A stretch of DNA of 64,000 nucleotides, taken from Octopus vulgaris (lineage: Eukaryota). Below, one piece after another: positions 51,316 to 64,000 of this stretch (within the stretch, counting starts at the first letter, position 1; each line of letters begins with the position of its first letter). Location: assembly GCA_951406725.2 (NCBI GenBank), contig OX597821.1:54932001-54996000 (forward strand). Reading direction: 5' to 3'. Position numbers and translations under genes: made by a program. The notes under the pieces are model-generated. The model saw only the letters and a program-made list of their open reading frames with translations. It made no database searches and was not told the origin of the DNA.

Positions 51316-53834
51316 AGTAGTTGACAATATGTGCATCCCTGATCATGAGCTGGAGTAGTGTGGGAGCATCATAGCCATGTTCTGAGAGGGATTCTTTAGA
51401 ATTTGAATAAATTGTAAAAAAAGCAAAATTTGAAGGCCAATTTTCATAATTTCTCAAGTTAAGCATATAACAGTTGCTACCTAAGGACATAACCCATGTT
51501 AGATAGTTTAATGCCTGTATATGATTGATGCATATCTATGTACATATATTCACATATATGTATGTGCATATAACAATTAAAGAATGACAAAAGAATAGGA
51601 GTAATGTAATTGCCTTCATTAGCTTAAAGTTTTAGCATGTTGCACAAGCAGTCAACTCTGAGTTCTCTGCTTCTTGTAGCAGAAAGAGGTAAAAAGGAAG
51701 ATGTACACATTTTGGAAACTGATCACAGATATGATGGAGCTAAATTCCTCATATATATTTCAATACTGTTACTGTTTTTCATGACTGTTTATATACAATT
51801 TTATTTACTTTTGTGTGTATTCTCCTGTAAAACACTTATCAATTTTTAAATGATATAGTATATTTTTGCCAATAGCAACCATTATTTGCAATTGAAAGAT
51901 AACACAATATAAGTTATAGAAAAATATTATGTAGATAAACAAGGATGTAAAAAGAAAGTTATGAGTTGAAAAGAATTTTTCCCTTTTCCAGATATCAAAT
52001 TTATTTTGCTGAATAAATAATCATTTTGTGTATTATTCTTATTTATTTATCTAGTCTCTTTTGGTCATTATGGAAATGAAACTCATATTTTTATAATGGT
52101 TCGACAAAATATTTAAAGTATTTACCCAACAGCAGATCAAAAGTAAGCCATGAGATCTATTAATGCTTTGCTTCATTATTTCACTATAACCATACTATGT
52201 TTCAAAAACAAATCTTTGTTAATATGTAAAAAAGCTCTCCAGGAGAAAACTCTAAGCATCAAAATATGTAAGAACAAGTATATGCTAATAAGGACCTGAA
52301 TGCATTCGTGTTTACAGGAATAAGTAATATTCAATTATATCCATATGGTTTCTTTTAAGAATAGTTATAACAAAGGGATTTAATAATATATCAATGTCGA
52401 GAATTGAGAGAGCAAAGTACTTCAGTATACAGAGAAAGACTGATGGCTGTTTGATTAAAGTCTAGTAAGGTCAGTTTAGTATTTCCTCCTTTAGGGGGTT
52501 AATAAAATAATGACTGGAATATAATACTGGGATCAAAGGGTGCAATTATTGCAAATGCTCTGGAATATTTGCTGTGAGCCTCAAGATATAATCAATACAG
52601 AAGATACATAAATAGAAATGAAATATTTACTAGTCTGCTGTTATTTTTAAAGGTAAGCAGAAACTATAAATGCATAGCGGATAGAAAAAGTATAAAACAC
52701 TTGCAATCATAGCTTCTCTATTTACACAGATATTACAGCAATAGCAAAACATTAGCAGTTGTAACATGTGGAGTTACTGAAATACCACAGCATTGGTTAA
52801 ATTCCTGTGTTTATAGAAATATCACAACAGTAATTAAACATTAGTTTTCCTAATTCTGGTACTTTGTAATTATTATACTTACAGGGAAGTCAATGCTGTT
52901 GGCAGTGACAACATCATCATTTAATATCTGTCTTCTATACAGGTATGGGTTGGGTAGTTCAACAGGATCTGACAAATCAGAGGGCTGCATCATGTCCAAA
53001 TGTCTACTTTGGCAGGGTTTTTATAATGAAACAATACTGAGTGCCTTTCCTTAATGATATCATCATTTGTAAAGATTATCTTCTCACTTTTAAGGCCAAA
53101 AGCCTAAAGTGGCCACTATAATTGAGGGGAAAAGAAGAGAGAGGGTGTGATGGTTCTAGATGAGGGGGATGAGGGACAATAAGTAAGAAGTAGAACAGAT
53201 TTATAGTTATGATTGGGTGGTAGTGGAGATAGCATTAGAGTCAAAGAGTAGATACTAATTGGAAGGCGTGTTATAGGGAAGAGAGGATGGGATTAGTGTC
53301 AAGGGTTATTGAGAAAAGAAAAAAAGGGACAAAACGGAAAGGTGATGGAGTAAGTTGTGTATACAGGGTCTAGGGCTATCCAACATTATAAGGGCAAGTA
53401 TGGGTGAAAGGTGTGAAGGAAGGGAGCAATAAACTGAGAAAGGAGGGAAATTCTGTGTCAGTCATTAAAAGAAAGATAGATGTAGAGGTCGTAGGGGTTG
53501 ACCAGAGGTTGAAGACACAAGGTGAAAGAAGGTGTAAAAGTGGAGGGACAGTGGGTAAAGGACTGTGAGGGGGAAAGTGCAGAAGAGGCTGGGGTGCATT
53601 GGATGAGTATAATGGGAGAGAGATGCTAAGGATATCATAGACATAGAGGGAATAGAAAGAGCAGGGAACATACATATATATTTCACTTAGCCATTGTGAG
53701 ACTAATAACTTGGTGTAGAACTCAATATACATATGCTTCAGAGCAAAGTGTTAGCAGAGTATAGAATAGTAATAAGAAAGAGAGATTATAAAGGAATAAA
53801 TGATTATCTAATGGACCTCATTAGCACCCAGTGT

Positions 53835-53970
53835 GGAAGCAAGGTCTAGAATTGAAGGACCTTAGTGCTGACCTAGCAAAAACTGAAGTCTTAGTAAGTA
53901 GTAAAGCAGACAAACCACAAATCCCTTCAGGTAGCTGACCCTGCTTGATCTATAGAAAAAGTGTAGCAGG
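53835..53970 (+). mobile_element. RTE LINE internal fragment
   Basis: VWKQGLELKDL..LAKTEVLV..QIPSG.*PC. Confidence 0.65.
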
Positions 53971-54244
53971 ACAGTTTGTGTTTCATGTAGTAAATAAGCA
54001 GCTGCAACATGTATAGAAATTTTTCTACTATATATTATCACAGATGTAGGCCACCTAAAAGTCAAGTTGTCTGGTAATCACTATTAATCTCAGTCTGGCA
54101 AATAAAATTGAAGCCAATTTTATTTCGCCTAATTTACACATAACCTGAATATGAAAGATTGCTTGGAGATACATGATATGCCATATAATTCAGCTGATTA
54201 AATGTATCTTAAAGCGTGAAACTATGAGCAGCTCTTTTGTAACT

Positions 54245-54404
54245 GTAGGAGTGGCTGCATGGTAAAAAGCTTCTTTCCCTACCATATGATTCCGGGTTCA
54301 GTCCCACTGCATGGTACCTTGGGCAAGTGTCTTCTACTATAGCCTTGGGCAAACCAAAGCCTAGTGAGTGGATTTGGTAGATGGAAGCTGAAAGAAAATA
54401 GTTG

Positions 54405-54440
<36 letters not shown>

Positions 54441-54450
54441 CAACAATTTA

Positions 54451-54486
<36 letters not shown>

Positions 54487-54710
54487 TGTGTGTATGTATG
54501 TTTTTGTGAGTGTGCTTGTTTCCCCACCATTGCCTGACAACCGATGTTGGTGTGTTTACATCCCCGTAACTTAGTGGTTTGGCAAAAGAGACTGACAAAA
54601 CAAGTATTAGGCTTACAAAGAATAAGTCCTGGGGTCGATATGTTTCACTAAACGCGATGCTCCAACATGACAGCAGTCAAATGACTGAAGCAAGTAAAAG
54701 AATAAAAGAA
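54245..54710 (+). mobile_element. SINE family A copy
   Basis: Both halves present. Confidence 0.88.
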
Positions 54711-54728
54711 TATATATATATATATATA

Positions 54729-54769
<41 letters not shown>

Positions 54770-55092
54770 GCACATGCACAAACACTTTTGTGCACATAGG
54801 TTTTGCATTAAATTTCTTCAACAGCTTAAACCTCTAAATAAACTGACAAAGATATAGTTAATTGTCAAATAGATTGAACGATTACACTTACTTGAAAATA
54901 TGAGCAATTTCTTTAATATTGATTACATCTTATCAAAATAAAACTTCAATTACCAATGGATATTATTTTCTTTCTTTTCATACATTTTGTTTATTGATTT
55001 ACATTAAGTAAAAATTAAACTACTTATGTAAATTATCATATTCTATTTTCCAAATTCCATGCACACAATCATGTATGTTTATATACATAGGT

Positions 55093-55512
55093 ATAGGAGT
55101 GGCTGAGTGGTAAGTAGCTTGTTTGCTTGTTTACAAACCACATGGTTCCAGGTTCATTCCCATGGTGTGGCACCTTGGGTAAGTGTCTTCTACTATAGTC
55201 TCGGGCTGACCAAAGCCATTTGAGTGGATTTGGTAGATGGAAACTGAAAGAAGCCCGTCGTATATATGTATATATATATATGCATGTGTATATGTTTATG
55301 TGACTGTGTTTGTCCCCCAACATCGCTTGACAACCGATGCTGGTGTGTTTATGTCCCTGTAACTTAGCAGCTCAGCAAAAGAGATCGATAGAATAAGTAC
55401 AAGGCTTCCAAAGTATAAGTCCTTGGGTCGATTTGCTAGACTAAAGGCGGTGCTCCAGCATGGCCACAGTCAAATGACTGAAACAAGTAAAAGAGAGTAA
55501 AAAGAGTAAGAG
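55093..55512 (+). mobile_element. SINE family A copy
   Basis: Both halves present. Confidence 0.9.
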
Positions 55513-55867
55513 TATATGTATGTGTGTGTGTGTATATATATATCTATGTTTATGTATGTATATATGTATATGTATGTATATGTTCATGCATGTAAGTATG
55601 TACATACACACACACACAAATATATGAGCACATAGGTGCAAAGCAAGGTGAAGAAAAATACTCAAATATCAAAAGTAGAATAAGACATTTTATTGTAGTT
55701 GAAAAGATTTGACAACTTGTTACTCACTTTCACAAAACCAGTCACCAGATAGTTAAACAGTTTTGTGAAACTAAGCCATAGTTTGTGAAGCTGTTTCAGC
55801 TTCAATATATGTATATATATATATATATATGGGAAGGTGGCGAGCAATATATATATATATATATATA

Positions 55868-56424
55868 TGAGGGGCAAAGGAAAGTGATTGCGCCACTCAT
55901 AGCCTCTCCTCTCCAGGTGTAATGATCGCTGCAGAACTTCTACTTGGCTGCGCCTTGTGGAAAGTTCTCGCTAATGGCCTCTCCTGCACTACTGTGTCCA
56001 CAGCAGCACCTTCACGCGGTACCCCCTGTTCTCACTGAGCCTGCTGTGTGGCGCGACCGGGTGCTTGGCGGTATAACCAGGTGGGCAGACTGGGCTCGTT
56101 AGCCTTGGTTGGCAGCCAGTCTAGGAGAAGGAAAACTCTGACTCCAAACCCTCGCTCCGCTGCCTTGCGGATGATCTTGGGAGAGGGAAAGGCTATGGGA
56201 GCAAACCCAGACAGAAAATCCGGAGTGGAGCCCCGAAGGCGGTAGGGTGTCGAATCTCAGCCCCTTTCCGGCAACTCCTGCAGCCAACCAGACTCCAAAC
56301 GTACTGCACTGCATTCCTTTGGATTATGTCTGGGGGGCCGAGAGAGAGATTCCGGTGTCTGGGCAGCCCAGTGTCTTCGTTTCTATCACCCAGGCTTGCG
56401 CCATGGAGAAACTACTCCATCGAT

Positions 56425-56427
<3 letters not shown>
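55868..56427 (+). mobile_element. RTE-type LINE 5' UTR fragment
   Basis: GC-rich island with GGCAGCCAGTCTAGGAGAAGGAAAACTCTG, typical of RTE 5' UTRs, embedded in (TA)n. Confidence 0.65.
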
Positions 56428-56499
<72 letters not shown>

Positions 56500-56583
56500 A
56501 ATAGGAAGGTGTTGATTTGTAAGTGTTTTAGTGCAGAACATTAACAGCAGTAATCTCACCAGTCTTTCATGGTCTGCAGTGGC

Positions 56584-56955
56584 CATCATCATCATTGTTC
56601 GACCGTGGTCGAGACAATGGAATTTACTATGCTATGCCAGACTTCACGGTCCATCATAGCATTACAGAGGTCCTGTTGCTGGATGCCTGTATCCTTGGAG
56701 ATTACATCAGGGTAGGAGAGTGTGCGCCTTCTGGTATCATGAGTAGATGGCTTCCAGAGGAGAAGAGTAGAAATTGCCTTGTTTTCAGCTCTACAACAAT
56801 GTCCAGCAAACTGGACTCTTCTGCCTTTCACAAGAGATGATACAGGTGGTAGTTTCCCATATATTTGTACTTTGGTTGGATGACACTTCCATGAGAGATT
56901 TTGAGCTCTCATAAGGAGGCGAGTGTAAGTTCCATCCAACTGCCTCTTAAGCTTC
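56584..56955 (-). mobile_element. RTE-type LINE 3' end
   Basis: ORF 56592-56939 (DGTYTRLLMRA..RRVQFAGHC..LLLWKP) followed by a (GAT)n tail. Confidence 0.85.
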
Positions 56956-58604
56956 TAGACAAGTGCTTTTCTAATATCTGATAAATCTTGGTAAAATTTC
57001 TTGAATAGTTTTATATATAAATGAATTTATTAGTTCTTTAGATTTGTTTGACCATGCCAGATAAGGCCTTACCTGAGCAAAGCCATTTTTGAAAAATATC
57101 CATTAAAATTAGGTTTTGTAGTAAATTGACAGAATGGGTATGCTTCTTTATATGTAATATTTTATCCAATAAGTATTTTAGCACTTTGAAATTAATAATT
57201 TGGTGATTTAAATACTATTAAATACAACTTAATCTCGTAAAATTCCTTATACGTATACTTACCATATGTGTATTCAATTAACAATGTAGTTTCAATAGAC
57301 ATTTTCTCACACCAGAACAGAGAGATGTTTGCTATATTCTTTGAATTTTAGAAACCAACAATATATATATATATAAGGATTAACTGAAATGTTCTGTATA
57401 ATCTTCAGTGTGATCAATATTTTCTATTGTGGTCTCAGAGAGTGTTTCAATGTCAGAAGTTGAAATATATTAAGCTGCTAAACTTGCTTTTGTATGGTTT
57501 CCGCTTTTCATCATCAACATCATCTTCTTTGTATGTAAGCATTCCATGCTGGTGTGGTCCACTGATGTTCTACTAGATGAAGCGGAGGACCATATTTCAC
57601 TTGCAAGTCTCATCGTCCATTTCTATGGCTAGGTGCCCTTCTTAATATGAACTTTTTTACAGAAGGTACTGAGGCATTTTTTACATGGCTCCAGAGTGCT
57701 GAAAGATTTGCATGTATTTGACAAGACTGAAGCATCTTCTCAATCCCATATGTATACATACAAACATTTACACACATGCATATATATGACATAGATGATA
57801 TTTAACCTTTACATAAATGAAAATATTGCATATTTAACAATGCTCCACTGTAAAGATGCATATGCACAAACACACACACTGGTATCATGAGCTCCCTCCA
57901 ACCTCTCTCATTATCAGTTTCTTGCTAGTTCTCTCTTCTTTCACTCCCCTTTTTTTAGTCTGTCTATCCCACTCCTTAACTGTTATTTTACACTGGACAT
58001 GCCTTGTAAACAGATGTTATAAATTCAGCATCATGTATTTTTCTTTTTCCTCTTACCTCTCTTATTTTACTTCTCTTTGATAAAGGGTATAATCAAAAAC
58101 ATGAGATACTTTCTTCAATCTTTCATTGCTGTATACATTTTCATTGCATATTTCTAAGGCTACTTTTGTACTTCACATTCATAAGCTTCTCCAGTCATAT
58201 ATTTTTGCTGACTTCTTGTAGCATTTATTTGCATTCAATATCGATAATTTTGCTCAAATTATGTGTGTGTGTGTATTTGGTATGTGTGTGTGTGTGTTTT
58301 GCAGCTGAGAGTTCTGTACTATACATGAACCTCTCAGCTAAAATAGTAAAGAATTATGGATGCTTTCGATTAGTTTTATTCTCTTGTTTGTATCACTAAG
58401 TATCCTTCATCTCCTCGTCATTTTAATATCCACTTTTCTATGCTTGCACAAGTCAGGCAAAATTCTTTGAAACATACTTTTACTATGATTGAATTGTCTT
58501 GCTGTTATCAGCCCCCACCTCTTTGCAAGGCTGGACAAGTTTTAATAAGTTTGTATCATTATTTATCTGCATGCGCCTTTCACCAACACACCTACAACAT
58601 CTTA

Positions 58605-58835
58605 TTTCTTTACTGCCCACAAGGGGTTACACAGAGGGGACAAACAAGGACAGACAAAAAAAGAATTAAGTCGATTACATCGACTCTAGTGCATAACTGG
58701 TGCTTAATTTATCGACCCCGAGAGGATGAAAGGCAAAGTCGACCTCGGCAGAATTTGAACTCAGAACGTAATGGCAGACGAAATACCGTCAAGCATTTCA
58801 CCTGGCATGCTAACATTTCTGCCAGCTCACTGCCT
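58605..58835 (-). mobile_element. SINE family B copy
   Basis: Reverse-complement match. Confidence 0.85.
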
Positions 58836-59934
58836 TTTATTTCTCTTATTTCTCTCTGATACACTGCCTTACAATCCCAAATACCTTCTATCTCTAATCC
58901 TCAAGATGTAGAACACAGGCAAATCCCCTACTTCCTCTTTTCCCCTTCCTGTGTAAACCTGTTCCCTAGTTTTTCTTCTGGTTGTCTGATACAGTTCTCT
59001 GCTATTTCCAGTAGAAAATTGTATCAGGTCGTTTTAGGCCTGTCTTGTCATTTTTGTATAATAAGCATGCATACACACACACACACACATGTCTATTGGT
59101 GTTTATGTATGCATGTGTGTATGTGCATATATGTTTGCATATATATATATATACATGTTTGCATATATATATATATGAATACACATACATAAGTTTAGAC
59201 TGTGAAATATATACACACACAAATATACACATGTGTGCATATTCATGTGTGGGTAAATATGTATCTATCTGACTATCTATATGCATAGATATATAAACAT
59301 ACATGCACAGATACATTCACACAAACATATGCTTTGGGTATTTGTTTCTTTGAGCATGGAATTATCCAATGTTATAGAAACCAACTGAAAATAGATCTGC
59401 AGATGTTATCATATCCAACGTAACTGCTTAAAGCACACATTTCTATCTTGTAGTCCAATGTACATCTATAATTTCCTAAAAACATGTGTAGTCAGTTATT
59501 GTGCATCTTTAGACAGTTTGTCTGACCAGCACGAGACATGTATATTGGTTACATTACTTATGTCAATACCAATGTTTTCATATACACAGGCCTGACTCAA
59601 TGTTATGCAGTGGCTGAGGAAAAACTATATTTCCTGTATGCTGTCTCTGAACAACTGATGCCACAAGCACATGACAATGTGAACAAACACCCGCATGTGA
59701 ATGTGTATATGTATATATCTACTGAGTGTGTATATATGTATATCTAATAGAACATCCAGGTTTACGTGGGAATACATATTATGTCTCAGTAGTAATACTA
59801 CCTCTGTCACTAATATATATTTCTATATGCAATTATGTATATATATATGCACATACACACAGATGGCTATATATATATATATATATATATATATCAACAT
59901 ATATCCACAAACACAAACACACACACACATATAT

Positions 59935-60360
59935 CTTTTATCTTGTTTCAGCCATCAGACTGCAGCCATGCTGGGGTGCCACCTTGAAAAATTATTTTGT
60001 AGAAGTTTTTAATTGAATGTATCGATCTCAGTACTAAGATTTTTTAAAGCCTGGTACTTATTCTATTGGTCTCTTTTGCCAAACTGCTAAGTTACAGGGA
60101 TGTAAACACACCAACACGAATTGTCAAGCAGTAGTGAAGGACAAGCAAGCACCAACACAGAGACATACATTCTATGATATATATATATATATGTATGTGA
60201 TGGCCTTCTTTCACTTACTGTCTACCAAATCCACTGACAAAGCTTTGGTCAACCCAAGGCTATAGTAGAAGACACTTGCTCAAGCTGCCACACATTGGAA
60301 CTGAAACTGGAACCATGTGATTGGGAAACAAACCTCTCACCACATAGCCATGCCTGCACC
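59935..60360 (-). mobile_element. SINE family A copy
   Basis: Reverse-complement match to both halves. Confidence 0.85.
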
Positions 60361-60639
60361 TATATATACATATATATAAGCTAATCATAAAAAGTCAAGT
60401 GGTACGAGAGGTGAATATATTTAACCTCTTGTTATCCTTAGGATTTTGGCTGTTTCACATTTCTTCATGTTATGATTTCAGTGTAGAACAAATTGTGTTT
60501 ACATGTCTGCACTAATATACATGCTACACATTACAAAAATACAATTGTATATTCACATAACAATACAGATAATAAAAAGCTAGCTCATCAGATCACCAGA
60601 TAAAAACAGCAACAACAGCAATAATAAGTAAATGAGTAA

Positions 60640-60985
60640 CCCTGTGATTAAATTAGGTGATATAATAATAATGAAATTATTGTATACAGTGCTCAGGTGC
60701 ACCACAACTTGTCAGAAAGTGCATATAAAGTACATGCAGTAATGTAAAAATGTCTGGAAAGCAAGCAATGTATGAGTCAGAAACATGCCTGTGTGTATGG
60801 AGGGGAGAAAATCAGGTGTAGTGTTGGCGAATCTCAGAAAGCATGGAAGTTTTGAAGGATGCAGTGCTCCGACAACTAACAACTGATACCGGCAGTTTGT
60901 TCCATGCTTCAGCAACTCTCAGCATGAAAAAATGTTTCCTGAAGTCATGGGAGCTGTGCTGTTTTCTGACTTTGTAAATATGATT
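60640..60985 (-). mobile_element. CR1/L2-type LINE 3' end
   Basis: RKHFFMLRVAEAWNKLPVSVV..SFK, the conserved CR1 C-terminal motif. Confidence 0.85.
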
Positions 60986-61658
60986 GCAATTAATAACCAT
61001 ATTAATGAAATTACTATAGGCCCTACTACATCTAATCTGAAAATGCTTAAAAATAGAAACAGTTTGTGGAGGAATATTTTGTGGTTCAACCCCCACCCAC
61101 TTCAGTCTAAATGTTGCTTTTTATGTAGCTCAAAAACATTTTCAAGCTTTAGATAAGTGCTTCCTTAAATCTGGCCCAAATCACAAAATTTTCAAGACAC
61201 ATGGTTCAACAAATTCTCTGCCATGCCTAATATTGCTGAATATATAGTAAGATTTAATCATAGTAAATCAAACTGTGAAACTTAGAATACTACAACAACT
61301 GGCCGTCCATCTGATACCACAACTAACCACCTAAATAACTGCAATACAACATCTACTGAAAATAATCAACATATTGATGGACACAGTTCAATAATAGTAC
61401 TATTAATGATATTAAAATTGAACCCAACTTACTGATTAATAATCAGGCTAATCTTGCTCTATGTAACATCTTGGTAAAGAGCATGTTTACACTGGTCTGT
61501 CTTCTTCCTCATTCAGTCTTCACTCAAATGGTCACAAAACTACATTTAGGTATAAAAAAAAGACTAATAGTATATCTCAAGCTAAATTTGTACATTCTCT
61601 CACTGATAGTAGTATTGAATTTAAAACTGCTTGGTCTATTTTATGTAATGCACAATTA

Positions 61659-62113
61659 GGTGCAGGAGTGGCTGTGTGGTTAGTAGATTGCTTACCAGCC
61701 ACATGGTTCTGGGTTCAGTCCCACTGCGTGGTATCTTGGGCAAGTGTTTTCTGCTATAGTCTCAGGCTGACCAAAGCCTTGTGAGTGGAAACTGAAAGAA
61801 GCCTTGTGAGTGGAAACTGAAAGAAGCCTTGTGAGTGGAAACTGAAAGAAGCCCATCGTATATATGTATATATATATATATATATGTATGTATGTGTGTG
61901 TCTGTGTCTGTGTTTGTCTCCCTAGCATTGCTTGACAACTGATGCTGGTGTATTTATGTCCCCTGTAACTTAGTGATTCGGCAAAAGAGACTGATAGAAT
62001 AAGTACTAGGCTTACAAAGAATAAGTCCCGGGGTTGATTTGCTCGACTAAAGACAGTGCTCCAGCATGGCTGCAGTCAAATGACTGAAACAAGTAAAAGA
62101 GAGAGTAAAGAGT
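61659..62113 (+). mobile_element. SINE family A copy with an internal 25-bp triplication
   Basis: AAGCCTTGTGAGTGGAAACTGAAAG three times at 61774-61848. Confidence 0.9.
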
Positions 62114-62543
62114 ATAGAAAGGTGGCAGTGGCTGGTGTAGGCTCTGTGTATCTGAGGTGTTCCATACTAAAAAATTAAATCAAATATTTTTAATTAGTGT
62201 GATGAATTGATTGTAAGTTGTCAACACCTTAGATATAAATTATTCCTGCATGCTAACAATACCAAACCTTTCTCTTAATTATTACAACTATTCTATCAAT
62301 TCTATTATACAATTCAGTAAATTAATTATAATTTGGTCTTACATTAGTAATAGATAATATAGTAGACCATATCAAGACATTCTACATCCTTGATCAATAT
62401 AATTGAATAATTCCCTACATTGATAGCCATAAATTCTCGCCTTCATGATAGATAATGTATTAGACCATATTCAGTTATTCTGCTATTTGTGAAAAAGCAT
62501 ATTATTCATTGATGCTAACACCTTAAATACAAATCATTCCTAT

Positions 62544-63722
62544 ATGCTAATTATGCATATAGGAAAGCTAGGAGTAGGAGGAAAAGTTGGTACATGGATA
62601 CATGAGTTCCTTACAAATAGAACTCAAACAGTCACTGTGAATGGAACCCATTCAACACCATCACCTGTGACCAGCAGTGTTCCTCAGGGTACAGTACTCG
62701 GCCCAATCCTGTTTCTCATCCTCATCTCTGACATAGATGAAGATACAACCAGCAACGTCTCATCCTTTGCTGATGACACCAGGGTCATGAGACAAATCAA
62801 AGACGAGGTGGATACAGAGGCCTTACAAAAGGACCTGACCAGCATATATAAATGGCAGGAAACAAACAACATGTTCAATGATAAGAAGTTTGAACTAATT
62901 CGCTACGGAACAGATCAAGATCTGAAAAATACAACAAACTACAGAAACCCATCAGGACAACAAATAATGGAAAAACAGTATGTGAAAGATTTAGGCATCC
63001 ACATGGGAACCAGCCTAAAATTCAGAGAACACCTTGACTCAGTCTGTCTTACTGCAAGAAAGTACAGCGGGTGGATCTTGCGCACCTTCAAATCAAGAGA
63101 TACCTCAACAATGAAAACCCTCTGGAACAGTATGATACTTCCGAGGAATGACTACTGTTCTCAGTTGTGGTCACCAACAACAAAGGGCCAACTATCTAAG
63201 ATGGAATCGCTCCAAAGAAATTTTACCTCATACTTCTCAGAAACGAGGGACCTGGACTATTGGCAAAGACTCAAAACCTTGAAGATGTACTCAATAGAAA
63301 GAAGATTTGAGCGATATCGAATTATATACATTTGGAAAATGATAGAGCAAAAGGTGCCAAACTTTGGTATCAAAACCTACCACTCACTGCGCCACGAAAG
63401 ACGCTGCCAGCTACCACCAAACAACAAAAAGGCTGGCCAGGCAGCAAAAACCCTGCGAGAGTCAAGTCTGTTGGTTCGAGGAGCACAACTATTCAACTCC
63501 ATTCCGGTACATGTCAGAAATCTATCAGGATGCAGTGTGGAATCATTCAAATTGCAGCTGGATAGATACTTATGCACCATTAGAGATGAACTCCATCTCC
63601 CAGGATATACACAACGAGCACAAACTGACTCAAACTTGCTCCTACACATGTCAAAATTAAACAGAGAATACAACCTGGCAACCACACCAGACTCTGAGGG
63701 TGGAGTCTTCGACTTGGCCTGA
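62544..63722 (+). CDS. Reverse transcriptase C-terminal half of a 5'-truncated CR1/Jockey-group LINE
   Basis: Open 392-aa frame with VPQGTVLGPILF, FADDT, KDLGI, DYCSQLWSP and LFNSIP, followed by a (GAAAT)n tail at ~63732-63758. The listed ATG probably lies in flanking DNA. Confidence 0.93.
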   Translation: MLIMHIGKLGVGGKVGTWIHEFLTNRTQTVTVNGTHSTPSPVTSSVPQGTVLGPILFLILISDIDEDTTSNVSSFADDTRVMRQIKDEVDTEALQKDLTSIYKWQETNNMFNDKKFELIRYGTDQDLKNTTNYRNPSGQQIMEKQYVKDLGIHMGTSLKFREHLDSVCLTARKYSGWILRTFKSRDTSTMKTLWNSMILPRNDYCSQLWSPTTKGQLSKMESLQRNFTSYFSETRDLDYWQRLKTLKMYSIERRFERYRIIYIWKMIEQKVPNFGIKTYHSLRHERRCQLPPNNKKAGQAAKTLRESSLLVRGAQLFNSIPVHVRNLSGCSVESFKLQLDRYLCTIRDELHLPGYTQRAQTDSNLLLHMSKLNREYNLATTPDSEGGVFDLA

Positions 63723-64000
63723 GAATGGACTCAAATGAAATGGAAATGAAATGAAATGCCTTACTTTACACTTAATTGTTAAACCTACACTGATAAACTT
63801 TATAACTAAGATCAATACAAATTAATAATTCCCAACAATAATTATGATTAACCATAATTTGGTCTCATAATTTGACCATAGTCAGTCATTCTATTATTTG
63901 TAAAAATACTTTTATCCATTGATGGATAACATTCCAGTCTATTATACCCATTTAATGCCTGAACTATTTTTAAATTGGTGGACTATTGAAATAGCACACC

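Noticed and set aside
52054-52148. Exon-like segment (AG...GTAAGC)
   Set aside because: Stops in all three frames and no recognisable motif.
53376-53732. 118-aa minus-strand ORF
   Set aside because: Low-complexity pyrimidine-rich sequence, possibly a decayed PLE UTR, with no domain motifs.

Overview
AT-rich, repeat-dominated animal (eukaryotic) DNA. The SINE and microsatellite content strongly suggests a coleoid cephalopod, probably Octopus (inference, not verified). No intact host gene is visible, and most ORFs in the supplied track are translations of (TA)n/(CA)n/(GA)n microsatellites or SINEs. The window holds many copies of at least three tRNA-type SINE families, RTE, CR1-type and R4/Dong-type LINE remnants, one young CR1-type reverse-transcriptase ORF (62544-63722), Tigger/pogo and mariner remnants, piggyBac- and hAT-type MITEs, a Helitron and a HINE/DINE-1-like element. 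The most notable content is a cluster of Penelope-like (PLE) remnants and hammerhead-ribozyme (HHR) motifs at about 31.8-49.6 kb. It includes a ~340-350-bp non-coding, HHR-containing, terminally redundant unit present as a head-to-head inverted dimer (46062-46910), which looks like a non-LTR retrozyme. A possible decayed ETS-family gene fragment lies at ~20.0-20.7 kb. All calls were read by eye and boundaries are approximate.
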